Origin: a virus
Length of the DNA: 64,000 bases
Strand: one strand, 5' to 3'
Virus record (IMG/VR): IMGVR_UViG_3300044859_002168
Span: 25,854-89,853 of that record
Below are positions 7,862 through 17,779 of the stretch, piece by piece. Under the pieces are notes generated by a model that was given only the letters and a program-made list of their open reading frames with translations, had not been told where the DNA came from and ran no database searches. Position 1 is the stretch's first letter. Every line of letters begins with the position of its first letter. The translations under genes and the position numbers were made by a program.

Positions 7862-8853
7862 TATACTGGACTCATTAATTTTGTTAATGCTGACGTAATC
7901 GGCGACATGGATATTTTTTCACCCACAGCAACTAAACTCTGTGGTGATACTTGAGTTGTTGTAGTTCCACCCAACTCAGTTTTTAAGGCTTCTTGACCCT
8001 CAGGAGTTGATTCATACTGTTTCATTGCCGCTAACATCTGTTCCTCACCCATCATACCTGAAAGTTCTTCAGGTCCAACAAAATTTCCAACACCCAATTT
8101 ATCTAAAAACCCAAGATAGAATTTTGTTTGACCCATTAGTACTCTTGTTCTTAAAGAACTTTTCCCAAACAGGTCAGAAAATCTACCTAAACCAAGACCA
8201 CCCCCATAAAGGAATCTTTGGAGGATATTTGGTTTACCTAATATTGCTGGGTCCATAAACTTTTCTCTTTTCAAAGCTGTTTCCAAACCTTGAACCAATT
8301 TCATTTGTTCTTGTGGTGTTTTATTTACCATTAAACGTCTAACACCCATGGACCTTCTTGACGCACTACTGAATAAGTTTACCCAACTTTGTAGAGTCTT
8401 TTTAAACCCTGATAATAATCCTCCCATATTTGGAATTTTATCAATTACTGTGTCAACTCTTGAAGTCCAATTTTGAGCGGTTTTAAATAATATGTTTGCA
8501 GGTCCTTCAACTTTTTCTAACATCTTAAGATTCTTGAGAGCCAATTCAGTATTACCAGCATTAATGGCTTTTTCAGCATTTCTAAGGTACTTAGTCCCTT
8601 GACTTCCGGCTTTCATGGTTCCTATAGCAGTTTTACCAACCACATCACCAATATATGGTACTGCGGATATTAAAGACAAAAACGCAAATAGGGTGTCACC
8701 TTGTTTATAATAAGAAATGGCATTTACAAAGTCAGTAATTCCTGTTGGGTCAACAATACCAACAACATCCAAAACAGTATTCAACCAATAAGCTTCATTA
8801 AGGTTTTGTTTCAACCCTTCAAGTTGATTTTCAGTTATCAAAATTTGACTCAT
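7861..8853 (-). CDS. hypothetical protein with a pre-toxin-like helical segment
   Basis: LDVVGIVDPTGITDFVNAISY...GD...A.LSLISAVPYIGD resembles pre-toxin (PT-TG-like) segments. Confidence 0.6.
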   Translation of the reverse strand: MSQILITENQLEGLKQNLNEAYWLNTVLDVVGIVDPTGITDFVNAISYYKQGDTLFAFLSLISAVPYIGDVVGKTAIGTMKAGSQGTKYLRNAEKAINAGNTELALKNLKMLEKVEGPANILFKTAQNWTSRVDTVIDKIPNMGGLLSGFKKTLQSWVNLFSSASRRSMGVRRLMVNKTPQEQMKLVQGLETALKREKFMDPAILGKPNILQRFLYGGGLGLGRFSDLFGKSSLRTRVLMGQTKFYLGFLDKLGVGNFVGPEELSGMMGEEQMLAAMKQYESTPEGQEALKTELGGTTTTQVSPQSLVAVGEKISMSPITSALTKLMSPV

Positions 8854-8888
8854 GATTTTTTAAATAAAAATATCTACTTATAAATACT

Positions 8889-9041
8889 ATGATACAACTT
8901 AATATAAAGGTTGGTGACACAATTTTGATAGGTAGATTCAAAAATAAAAAGGTGATAGTAAAAACTATCACCCTTGACCAACATGGTTTACCATTGGTAA
9001 ACGGAAAACCAATTTGTAATTTTCGTTACTCAAAAGAGTAG
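8889..9041 (+). CDS. small hypothetical protein (50 aa; not in the ORF track)
   Basis: MIQLNIKVGDTILIGRFKNKKVIVKTITLDQHGLPLVNGKPICNFRYSKE fills the intergenic gap. Confidence 0.7.
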   Translation: MIQLNIKVGDTILIGRFKNKKVIVKTITLDQHGLPLVNGKPICNFRYSKE

Positions 9042-9051
9042 AACAGTTGGA

Positions 9052-9930
9052 TTAAACCACCTCAATTGGTTTTTCAGGAAATTCTATAACCTGTTGTCTT
9101 TTTTGTTGAACAAAAAACCCAACCCTTTCATTAGCCACTTTGGAGTAGTTAGAACTGATTTCAATACCAATCCAACGACGGTCTAAAGTCTCGGCAGCAA
9201 CCATACTTGTACCTGAACCAGCAAACGGGTCAAGGACAATATCATTCTTATATGTGAGAATCTTAATTGCCTTGGTTGGGATATCCATTGAGAAGGTCGC
9301 CTTTGTCAATGAACGAGTATCGGCAAAATAATTCCACTGTCCAAATACCAAATCAATAAACTCACGTTTCTGTTGTTCGGTATACATCATCTTGGGTCTC
9401 ATGTTACCGTCTTTACCTTCAACCTCACCCATCTCACCAACCCATTCAGGTTGTCCTTTAACAATCTTAATATGTTTCTTCTTATACGCCAAGATAACAC
9501 ATTCCTTTGGATTGTAGATGTAAGGTGCCGAGGGACTCATCCATGACCCCCAAGCTGTGGTACGACTTCTGTGTGGTGATTCTTCTTCAAGGTCCACAAC
9601 TCCGAAGAACTTGTAACCAATCTGTTTCATAATTTGCCATACCTCACTCAACATGAAGATTCTTCCACCCTTGGCTTGTCGGTTAATCTCATACGGGATA
9701 TTCAAAGCAATCCTGCCGTCATCTTTCAACACACGGTATGCTTGTTCCATCCAGGAATATGTAAATTTAACATATTCCTCCCAAACCATATCATCATCGT
9801 GAACATCATATTCAATCCCGACACCATATGGTGGTGATGTCACAATCAAATCTACAGACCCTTCTTCCATGGTCTTCATCACTTCAATACAATCTCCGTT
9901 TACTATTTTTCCTAAATAATTTTCTGTCAT
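9052..9930 (-). CDS. DNA methyltransferase, N4-cytosine/N6-adenine family (beta order)
   Basis: VDLIVTSPPY precedes VLDPFAGSGT. Confidence 0.9.
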   Translation of the reverse strand: MTENYLGKIVNGDCIEVMKTMEEGSVDLIVTSPPYGVGIEYDVHDDDMVWEEYVKFTYSWMEQAYRVLKDDGRIALNIPYEINRQAKGGRIFMLSEVWQIMKQIGYKFFGVVDLEEESPHRSRTTAWGSWMSPSAPYIYNPKECVILAYKKKHIKIVKGQPEWVGEMGEVEGKDGNMRPKMMYTEQQKREFIDLVFGQWNYFADTRSLTKATFSMDIPTKAIKILTYKNDIVLDPFAGSGTSMVAAETLDRRWIGIEISSNYSKVANERVGFFVQQKRQQVIEFPEKPIEVV

Positions 9931-9931
9931 T

Positions 9932-10135
9932 TTAATATATTGTTACTTTGTGGTCTCTTACAATAATAGGATTTTCTGTTTCAAATTCCAACCATGCTTG
10001 ACCACCGTCTAAGAATGTTTTTGTTTTAACCGATACCTGAAATTCAAGACACCTGATTGTAAGTTTTTTATCCTCGGATTGTATTACCCAACCGACTTCC
10101 ATGGAACCTGTCGCAGCCAATCTGTACTTCATCAC
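9932..10135 (-). CDS. hypothetical protein
   Basis: Coupled small ORF in an operon. Confidence 0.65.
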   Translation of the reverse strand: MMKYRLAATGSMEVGWVIQSEDKKLTIRCLEFQVSVKTKTFLDGGQAWLEFETENPIIVRDHKVTIY

Positions 10136-10347
10136 TCAATAACCAAACAACAATCTTCAATGGTAATTTTTTTAGCATTACAAGTAATATGACCTGTTTC
10201 TCTACCATCATCTCTATACCCGCTAGAAGAGTTTATCTGACACAGAAATTCTATTGAATCAACTTTTAAAAGTTGTTTATCAATAAACACTTTCCATGGT
10301 CTGTCTCCGTTTTTGTGGTTTGAATTATATCGTACCTCAACCAACAT
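10132..10347 (-). CDS. hypothetical protein
   Basis: Coupled small ORF in an operon. Confidence 0.65.
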   Translation of the reverse strand: MLVEVRYNSNHKNGDRPWKVFIDKQLLKVDSIEFLCQINSSSGYRDDGRETGHITCNAKKITIEDCCLVIE

Positions 10348-10564
10348 TTTCTAAATTATCAATCTTCCTTTGAAGATACCAAAGAGCTTTTTTTAAGTCT
10401 TGTAATTCTTTATCACTACCTTTCTTACCAGCCCTTGAGATATACTTCACCGTATTCCCAAGATGGAAGTCAAGTTCCCAAGCCTCAATTACTTTGATGG
10501 CCTCATACATATTATCCTCACCCCCATAATGAACCGGGTGGTTTACCATTTCATTTAATGACAT
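10337..10564 (-). CDS. DUF3310 family protein
   Basis: VNHPVHY...EAIKVIE...FHLGNTVKYISRAGKK...DLKKALWYL. Confidence 0.9.
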   Translation of the reverse strand: MSLNEMVNHPVHYGGEDNMYEAIKVIEAWELDFHLGNTVKYISRAGKKGSDKELQDLKKALWYLQRKIDNLENVG

Positions 10565-10565
10565 A

Positions 10566-10784
10566 TTATCTTAAAGTAATGTAATAATTTTTTAGTTTAA
10601 TTGATTTTTTGTATCCGTTCCTAACAGAAAACAAAGGGTTTTTAGTCCAACATATTTTGTATGAAAAGATTCCTATCCACCCATTTTCTTCTGACCTAAC
10701 CAAAGAAAAGATATATTTCTTTCCCCAAGTCAAATGAATCTCATTGATAAATTTATTCTTGAGTCGATATAGTTTTAATGACAT
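10566..10784 (-). CDS. hypothetical protein
   Basis: Small ORF in an operon. Confidence 0.6.
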   Translation of the reverse strand: MSLKLYRLKNKFINEIHLTWGKKYIFSLVRSEENGWIGIFSYKICWTKNPLFSVRNGYKKSIKLKNYYITLR

Positions 10785-10953
10785 AATATTTTGAAGCTAA
10801 TGGAGTTTCAATTATTAGACCCTGTGATACAAGGTCTTCCAAATACTTTTCTGTAGTCTCCAAGTCCTCCTTCAAAATATATCGTGAGATGTACGATATG
10901 TGAAGGGGTCTCCGTAGTTTTAAAAGGAGACTATTTAGTTTTTTTTCGTCCAT
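10753..10953 (-). CDS. small hypothetical protein, possibly winged-helix
   Basis: Helix-turn-helix-like pattern ending LVSQGLIIE. Confidence 0.55.
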   Translation of the reverse strand: MDEKKLNSLLLKLRRPLHISYISRYILKEDLETTEKYLEDLVSQGLIIETPLASKYYVIKTISTQE

Positions 10954-11161
10954 AAGATTTCTTCTCTACTTCTTTTGATTTCTTTTTCTTTGGCTCCTCC
11001 ATCACAACCTCTTTCTCACCTGTTGAACCTTTAAACTCAGACTTGGAGATGTAATTCCAATATCCTGTTGATACTCTACGCTCAGCGTCTTTGTCTACAA
11101 CACGCAGCATGTGACCCTCTTTGTAAGGTCCTGTTGATTTTATCGCTTTAATACATTTCAT
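10931..11161 (-). CDS. hypothetical basic protein
   Basis: ORF with a Lys-rich tail. Confidence 0.65.
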   Translation of the reverse strand: MKCIKAIKSTGPYKEGHMLRVVDKDAERRVSTGYWNYISKSEFKGSTGEKEVVMEEPKKKKSKEVEKKSYGRKKTK

Positions 11162-11367
11162 AAAAATAAATTTTGGTTTTGTTTTTTAAGTGTGGAAAAG
11201 ATTTGAGATTCATCGTGACCCTGTTGAAATAAATTAAAAACATCAGATGATATGGTATCCATAAAAATAAAAGCATCCACCCTCGGAGAGAACAGAGTCT
11301 TTAAATCGGAATTTTCCAAATGAACTTTTACCGTCTTTTGGTCTACGAATCGTTTTGTGAATCCCAT
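11158..11367 (-). CDS. hypothetical protein
   Basis: Coupled small ORF. Confidence 0.65.
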   Translation of the reverse strand: MGFTKRFVDQKTVKVHLENSDLKTLFSPRVDAFIFMDTISSDVFNLFQQGHDESQIFSTLKKQNQNLFL

Positions 11368-11376
11368 GAGACAATA

Positions 11377-12162
11377 TTAGGAAATAATTTTTAGACTGTC
11401 AAACGATTCCCAATCTTCTTTTGGAACACTTTGAAGGATATATGCCAATAGTTTTCTCTTTAACATCGGAACCAAAGTCTGTTCAAATGGGAAGTTTTCA
11501 TTGGTCTCTACCTCAAATATCGGTAACTTGGTGAAATCTACCAAGTCCTTCCACGATGTCGCATCTTTTACTAACGTGGTAACTCGTTGACCTTGGGGGT
11601 CACCACTCCATACCATATCAAAATAAATCTTGGCGTCTGATTTGGTTCTCTTCATCTTTCTAATTGAATACTCCCACAAAAATACTTGTTTCTTACTTTT
11701 GTTGGGGTAATAGATGTATCCGTGACCAAACCCCATATTGTCTTTGTTTTTCTTTAGATTGATTGCTGTTGATTCATATACTATGGACCAAATGGACTTT
11801 CCAATATTAAAAGTGTCCATCAATCTGTTACCAGAAAAAACCAATGTCTTTTCTAACTCACTGAAATCACTGTCTTGTAGTTCGGGTAACTTAAGTGGTT
11901 GAAGTTCTTTCAAGAGAATCTCATCATCACAAGATTCAAATTTCTTTTTTGTTTGTAGTAACCTTTTTTCTTTAACTAAAGATTGAACATTCGCTAAGTG
12001 AAGTGCCAACTCAACAAAATCAGGATAAATTTTAAACTCGTCAAAATTTTCCTCACATTTTTGAATGTAATTAAGTAAGGTATATTTGTTATACTCAAAA
12101 TCTATTGGTTGCGAGAGCATCCAATCAGGATTTAATTTAAATGATTTTTTCTTCCTCGCCAT
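11377..12162 (-). CDS. hypothetical protein
   Basis: 261 aa ORF. Confidence 0.8.
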   Translation of the reverse strand: MARKKKSFKLNPDWMLSQPIDFEYNKYTLLNYIQKCEENFDEFKIYPDFVELALHLANVQSLVKEKRLLQTKKKFESCDDEILLKELQPLKLPELQDSDFSELEKTLVFSGNRLMDTFNIGKSIWSIVYESTAINLKKNKDNMGFGHGYIYYPNKSKKQVFLWEYSIRKMKRTKSDAKIYFDMVWSGDPQGQRVTTLVKDATSWKDLVDFTKLPIFEVETNENFPFEQTLVPMLKRKLLAYILQSVPKEDWESFDSLKIIS

Positions 12163-12189
12163 TTACATAAGAATAAAACACCATTTTAT

Positions 12190-13218
12190 TTATTCAACTC
12201 TTATGATAAAATAAAGAACACCCTCTACTTTTTGTTCATCAACTTTGCCATCATAATGAGACATTATCTCATAACCATCACTATCAATCCACCCTTCAAT
12301 TAACTCATCTTCATTAATAAAGTTTGAAAGTTCTAAATCCCATTCCCTAATAAAACTTAAACTATCGTCCATAACATCATTTACCCTCTCCTCAATTATT
12401 TGGTTAATTAAATCATCAGGAAAATCACCTTCAGGACTTTCTTCTATTTCTTCTATCTTTTGCTCAAACTCATAGATGGCATTATCTTCCAATTGGGATA
12501 TTTTATTTTCAAATACCCCACGTAATTCTCTTGGCGACTTTTCCATTAATTGTTGCAAATTAACAATCTCACCCTTAACTTTTTCAATCTGATAATTTAA
12601 ATACTTTATTTCATTATCTTGAACATATGAAGTTTCTCTCTGTGACTCGTCCAACCAACTTTCAGGGTCTTGGTAAATCAAATCATTGTACATGTCCTCA
12701 GCATATCTTTGAACACTATCATCATCAATATAATTTTCAAGAAAACTTTTTGAGAAAAAATTTATACCCTCACTTTCAATAATTTGTTTGGCGTATTCCT
12801 CAGCAGACCACTTTAATTCTCTTTCATTACCTATTGCATATTGGCTATTGTCCCATGAAGTTTCAAAAATTTCCATATTACTATAGAATTCTTCATTTTT
12901 TGGGGTAATATCGTACACATCGTAATAATCATCAAACTCAGATAACTCTTCATCAATTTGTTCTAACTGTTGTTGTAAACTAGTCTTTAACCCTTGAGTG
13001 TCATTCTGTATTTCATCCTCAATTTGACTTTTTCTTAACTCAAGTTGTTTTTTTCTTTCTTTACCTTCTTCATCCAATGCATTTATCTCATTACTATACA
13101 CCAAATGGTCAAATAAAGCATGTGCCATTAATCCTTCTTTGGGACAATCAGGTCCTAATTTCCACAGGTCCTTCTCTCTTCTTAATTCTGCACTGATATT
13201 ATTTACTTCTGAACTCAT
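12190..13218 (-). CDS. acidic coiled-coil hypothetical protein
   Basis: 342 aa ORF; TATTTAT motif at 13227-13233. Confidence 0.8.
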   Translation of the reverse strand: MSSEVNNISAELRREKDLWKLGPDCPKEGLMAHALFDHLVYSNEINALDEEGKERKKQLELRKSQIEDEIQNDTQGLKTSLQQQLEQIDEELSEFDDYYDVYDITPKNEEFYSNMEIFETSWDNSQYAIGNERELKWSAEEYAKQIIESEGINFFSKSFLENYIDDDSVQRYAEDMYNDLIYQDPESWLDESQRETSYVQDNEIKYLNYQIEKVKGEIVNLQQLMEKSPRELRGVFENKISQLEDNAIYEFEQKIEEIEESPEGDFPDDLINQIIEERVNDVMDDSLSFIREWDLELSNFINEDELIEGWIDSDGYEIMSHYDGKVDEQKVEGVLYFIIRVE

Positions 13219-13284
13219 TACAATTGATAAATATTAGGATATGTTTATATTTATAATCAATAAACCTTTAATTTAAATAAAGTC

Positions 13285-13428
13285 ATGGGATGCGGTTGTA
13301 AAAACAAAAACAACACTAACACAAATCAGATTCAAGCGCCAGTGGTTAAACCCCAGGCTCAACCTGTTAATGAAAACATCAAAGATGCCATTAAAAGAAC
13401 AGTAGAAAAGTATTACGTAAAGAAATAA
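13285..13428 (+). CDS. small MGCGCK protein (47 aa; not in the ORF track)
   Basis: MGCGCKNKNN...KYYVKK; TATTTATA at 13248-13255 and its own terminator. Confidence 0.7.
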   Translation: MGCGCKNKNNTNTNQIQAPVVKPQAQPVNENIKDAIKRTVEKYYVKK

Positions 13429-13452
13429 ACTAATCTGAGATGTTTTTTAGTG

Positions 13453-13479
13453 AAGGGTGGAGAAATCTACCCTTTTTTT
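13453..13479 (+). terminator. intrinsic terminator
   Basis: AAGGGTGGA/TCTACCCTT stem plus T-run. Confidence 0.75.
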
Positions 13480-13493
13480 GTATTTATAAAAAT

Positions 13494-14423
13494 ATGGCAC
13501 TTATTGATTTAGCAATTAAAGATTTCAACGAGGGTGATTACGACCTAATTGAAACAGCATTTAATGGCGATATATTCTCATTCTTTAATTATGCTGATAA
13601 AAGAGGTAAATTTGATGAAATTATTGCCGATGATTATAATCACAACGATTATGAAAACGATTACACTCTGTGGGTTTCTAATAACAAACCAGAAATTTTC
13701 CGTAAACTTATTGAAGACAAATTATCCGATGTGAAATACATTGATGGTAAATGGTATTTTATAACATCTGATAGGGGAGATTTATCCAAACTTTATTGTG
13801 ACAGTAGAGATATTAGTCGTGAAACAATAGAATCTATATTGTCAGGAGAATATGATAGTTCTGATTATTGGGATTCAGGAATAGATGTCTATGACAACGT
13901 AATTGATGATTTAAATGACCAAAACAAACAAACTTTAATTGAAAAATTATTAGAGGAATTGAAAGATGAAAGAATTACACCGTCAACAGATTTATTAGAA
14001 GAAATTGCATCGTCACAAGGTCATGATGAATATGTATCTTTAGATACTGAAACATTAAATAGAATAATAGATGATAAAGATTCTATAAAAGAAATCCTAC
14101 CCGATGATTTAGACAGTGAGTTAATAAGTTTATATTGGAGTGCATATAATGCCGCATATGAAGATGAACTCTACAAATCTATTTGGGGTGAACTTGATTC
14201 TATATTTGAAGGTAATGGTGAATGGACTCAAACACCATCCCCTTTTGATAAAAATAAATTTATCCAAGCATTTAAAATACCTTTTATTAATTTGGAATCA
14301 ATTGTAAAAGATTATCTTGAGGATAATCTTAGATATAGAGATAGAACCTTGGAGTATTGGGGTAACATCATTAATATAATAGATGATACTCACGATTGTT
14401 TAAGAGTTAGAGTCCCTGAATAG
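13494..14423 (+). CDS. acidic hypothetical protein; may extend to 14483 past an in-frame TAG
   Basis: ATG at 13494, 5 nt after TATTTATA; the track start at 13440 runs through a terminator. Confidence 0.8.
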   Translation: MALIDLAIKDFNEGDYDLIETAFNGDIFSFFNYADKRGKFDEIIADDYNHNDYENDYTLWVSNNKPEIFRKLIEDKLSDVKYIDGKWYFITSDRGDLSKLYCDSRDISRETIESILSGEYDSSDYWDSGIDVYDNVIDDLNDQNKQTLIEKLLEELKDERITPSTDLLEEIASSQGHDEYVSLDTETLNRIIDDKDSIKEILPDDLDSELISLYWSAYNAAYEDELYKSIWGELDSIFEGNGEWTQTPSPFDKNKFIQAFKIPFINLESIVKDYLEDNLRYRDRTLEYWGNIINIIDDTHDCLRVRVPE

Positions 14424-14479
14424 GCAGATTGGACTGATACTAAAGAAAATATTAATTCTCTTTACAACGATTACATTTC

Positions 14480-17400
14480 TTAAAGTAATCTTTTTTCTTT
14501 CGCCTTTACTACAAGTTTTTGAGCTCTGTCTTCAATTGAGTTAATAATAACTTCTTGCTCTTTTAAAGCTTCAATACACACGGCAATCATCTCTTTGTAT
14601 TTCATGGTGTAGTGTTTTTCTTCACTACCAGATACAAGTTCAGGGAAATATGGTAAAACTTCTTGAGCAATAAAACCAATGTTTTTATGTCCAAGTTTTT
14701 CTTTATCATCCCAATTATAATAGAATTCAACACCACGAATTTTAATTAAATTTTCAAGTGCAGATTCAATAGGTTCAATGTTTGTCTTTAATCTAATGTC
14801 GGATGGTCCTGTAGGTCCTGTAGCACCTTGTGCACCCGTATTACCCGTGGCTCCTTGTGCTCCTGTAGCACCTTGAGCACCAAAAGTAGAACCTGCCTTT
14901 CCTTGAGCACCTGTAGGTCCTTGAGCACCACCTGCACCAGGTCCTTGAGCACCTGTTGCACCTTGGGAACCTGTAGGTGCGGTACCTGGAAAACCTTGAG
15001 CACCTTGAGCACCCGCACCTTCAGAAGGAAAACCTTGAGCACCTTGTGTACCAACCGCACCTTGAGCACCTTGTCCTCCTTGTGGTCCTTGAGCACCTTG
15101 TGGTCCTTGAGTTCCTTGTCCACCCGCAGCACCTGTTGAGCCACCTCCACCCTGAGAACCTTGTCCTCCTTGAGTACCCTGAGCACCTTGTCCTCCCTGA
15201 GCTCCTTGTGAACCTTGTCCTCCTTGAGTACCTTGAGCACCTTGACCTCCTTGAGAACCTTGTGAACCTTGAGCACCTGTAGAGCCACCTCCACCTTGCG
15301 AACCTTGTCCTCCCTGAGCTCCTTGTGAACCTGTAGCACCTCCACCACCAGCACCACCTTGCGAACCTTGTCCTCCTTGAGCTCCTTGTGAACCTGTTGC
15401 ACCTCCACCGCCAGTTCCTCCTTGAGCACCTTGTCCTCCTGTTGGTCCTGTGGCACCTTTACCTCCTTGTGAACCTTGTCCTCCTTGTGAACCTTGTCCT
15501 CCTGTTGGTCCTGTGTCACCTTTACCTCCTTGTGAACCTTGTCCTCCTTGTGAACCTTGTCCTCCTGTAGACCCCTGAGCACCTTGAGCACCTTGTCCTC
15601 CTTGTGAACCTTGAGCACCTTTACCACCTTGAGAACCTTGAGAACCTGTAGCACCTCCACCACCAGTCCCACCTTGAGAACCTTGACCTCCTTGTGAACC
15701 TTGTGAACCTTGAGCACCTGTGGAACCACCTCCACCTTGAGAACCTTGACCTCCTTGTGAACCTTGAGCACCACCTCCACCTTGAGAACCTTGACCTCCT
15801 TGAGTTCCTTGTCCTCCTTGAGAACCTTGTCCTCCTTGTCCTCCTTGAGTACCTTGTGAACCTTGAGCACCCTGACTACCAACACCACCTATCGAACCTT
15901 GAGCTCCCTGACCACCTTGAGTACCTTGGAAACCTTGTCCTCCTTGAGCCCCTTGATTACCTGTTGCTCCTTGTGAACCGGTCGCTCCTTGGAAACCTTG
16001 TCCACCCTGAGCTCCTTGGGAACCAACCGCACCTTGAGAACCTTGTCCTCCTTGAGAACCTTGTCCTCCTTGTGAACCGACCGCTCCTTGCGAACCTTGC
16101 CCTCCTTGAACACCCTGAGCACCTTGTCCTCCTTGAGAACCTGTAGCACCTTGAGAACCCTGTCCTCCTTGAGTACCCTGAGCACCTTGTCCTCCTTGAG
16201 AACCTTGTGAACCAACCGCACCTTGTGAACCTTGAGCTCCCTGTACTCCTTGACCTCCTTGAGCACCTTGACCTCCTTGAGCACCTTGACCTCCTTGAGA
16301 ACCTTGAACTCCTTGACCCCCTTGAGCTCCTTGTGAACCTATATTACCTTGAGTTCCTTGAGTTCCTTGAGCTCCTTGTCCTCCTTGAGAACCTACAGGA
16401 CCTTGAGCACCTTGTCCTCCCTGAGTTCCCTGAACACCTTGACCTCCTTGAGAACCTTGTGAACCTATATTACCTTGAGCACCCTGTCCTCCTTGAGCAC
16501 CCTGTCCTCCTTGAGAACCTTGTCCTCCTTGTCCTCCTTGAGTACCTTGTGAACCTTGAGCCCCTTGACCTCCTTGAGCCCCAAGTGAACCAAGACTACC
16601 TTGTGAACCTTGACCTCCTTGAGTACCCTGTCCTCCTTGAGCGCCAACAGCTCCTTGTGAACCTTGACCTCCTTGAGTACCTTGAGCACCTTGTCCTCCT
16701 TGAGCACCTTGAGCTCCAATAGAACCTTGAGCTCCAATAGCACCTTGCGAACCTTGTCCCCCTTGAGCACCTTGATTACCTGTTGCTCCTTGTGAACCAA
16801 CCGCACCTTGAGCACCTTGTCCCCCTTGAGCACCTTGATTACCTGTTGCTCCTTGTGAACCAACCGCACCTTGTGAACCTTGTCCTCCCTGAGTACCTTG
16901 TGAACCTGTATTACCTTGAGCTCCAATAGGACCTTGAACACCCTGAGCGCCTTTAGCTCCTACATTACCTTGACTTCCTTGGCTTCCTTGACCTCCTTGA
17001 GCACCTTGACCTCCTTGAGCACCTTGCGAACCTACAGGACCTAAAAATCCTTGAGAACCTTGAGCGCCATCCGCACCTACCGAACCTTGAGCACCTATAC
17101 TACCTTGAGAACCTTGAGCACCCTGAGCTCCTTGTCCTCCTTGAGAACCTTGTGAACCTATATTACCCTGAGAACCTTGAGCACCCTGAGCTCCTTGTCC
17201 CCCTTGTGAACCCTGTCCTCCCTGAGTACCTTGTGCTCCTTGAGTACCTTGTGAACCCTGTCCTCCCTGAGTACCTTGTGAACCTACACTACCAACAGCA
17301 CCTTGTGAACCTTGTCCCCCTTGAGAACCCTGTCCTCCTTGAGTACCTTGTGAACCTTGAGGTCCTTTTCCACCTTGAGCACCTTGTCCTCCTTGAGAAC

Positions 17401-17779
17401 CAACATTACCTGTTGCACCTTGTGAACCAACATTACCTTGAGCACCTTTACCACCTTGAGAACCCTGAGCTCCCGCAGCACCTTGAGAACCCTGAGCTCC
17501 CGCAGCACCCTGAGCTCCTGTTGGTCCGGTATTTGCTGTACCCGTCCAAAGAGCATTATTAACTACCGTACCTGCAGTTGTTGCAATAGTACTAAAAACA
17601 TAAAGATTGTTAAAAAACAACCTAAATTTAGGTGAGGTATTAATAACTTTAAAATAAACAGTAGTACTGACTTTCCAATCAAGTACAGCACTGGAGTAAA
17701 CCCAAGTTGCCTTAGTATTATTTGTATCATACAACTCAACAGTTGCACTACCTGGTAATATAATGATATCCTTAGCCAC
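14480..17779 (-). CDS. Gly-X-Y repeat fibre protein 1 with C-terminal peptidase S74 chaperone
   Basis: About 900 aa of GAQ/GSQ/GGQ triplets, then SDIRLKTNI...GFIAQEV. Confidence 0.9.
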   Translation of the reverse strand: MAKDIIILPGSATVELYDTNNTKATWVYSSAVLDWKVSTTVYFKVINTSPKFRLFFNNLYVFSTIATTAGTVVNNALWTGTANTGPTGAQGAAGAQGSQGAAGAQGSQGGKGAQGNVGSQGATGNVGSQGGQGAQGGKGPQGSQGTQGGQGSQGGQGSQGAVGSVGSQGTQGGQGSQGTQGAQGTQGGQGSQGGQGAQGAQGSQGNIGSQGSQGGQGAQGAQGSQGSIGAQGSVGADGAQGSQGFLGPVGSQGAQGGQGAQGGQGSQGSQGNVGAKGAQGVQGPIGAQGNTGSQGTQGGQGSQGAVGSQGATGNQGAQGGQGAQGAVGSQGATGNQGAQGGQGSQGAIGAQGSIGAQGAQGGQGAQGTQGGQGSQGAVGAQGGQGTQGGQGSQGSLGSLGAQGGQGAQGSQGTQGGQGGQGSQGGQGAQGGQGAQGNIGSQGSQGGQGVQGTQGGQGAQGPVGSQGGQGAQGTQGTQGNIGSQGAQGGQGVQGSQGGQGAQGGQGAQGGQGVQGAQGSQGAVGSQGSQGGQGAQGTQGGQGSQGATGSQGGQGAQGVQGGQGSQGAVGSQGGQGSQGGQGSQGAVGSQGAQGGQGFQGATGSQGATGNQGAQGGQGFQGTQGGQGAQGSIGGVGSQGAQGSQGTQGGQGGQGSQGGQGTQGGQGSQGGGGAQGSQGGQGSQGGGGSTGAQGSQGSQGGQGSQGGTGGGGATGSQGSQGGKGAQGSQGGQGAQGAQGSTGGQGSQGGQGSQGGKGDTGPTGGQGSQGGQGSQGGKGATGPTGGQGAQGGTGGGGATGSQGAQGGQGSQGGAGGGGATGSQGAQGGQGSQGGGGSTGAQGSQGSQGGQGAQGTQGGQGSQGAQGGQGAQGTQGGQGSQGGGGSTGAAGGQGTQGPQGAQGPQGGQGAQGAVGTQGAQGFPSEGAGAQGAQGFPGTAPTGSQGATGAQGPGAGGAQGPTGAQGKAGSTFGAQGATGAQGATGNTGAQGATGPTGPSDIRLKTNIEPIESALENLIKIRGVEFYYNWDDKEKLGHKNIGFIAQEVLPYFPELVSGSEEKHYTMKYKEMIAVCIEALKEQEVIINSIEDRAQKLVVKAKEKRLL

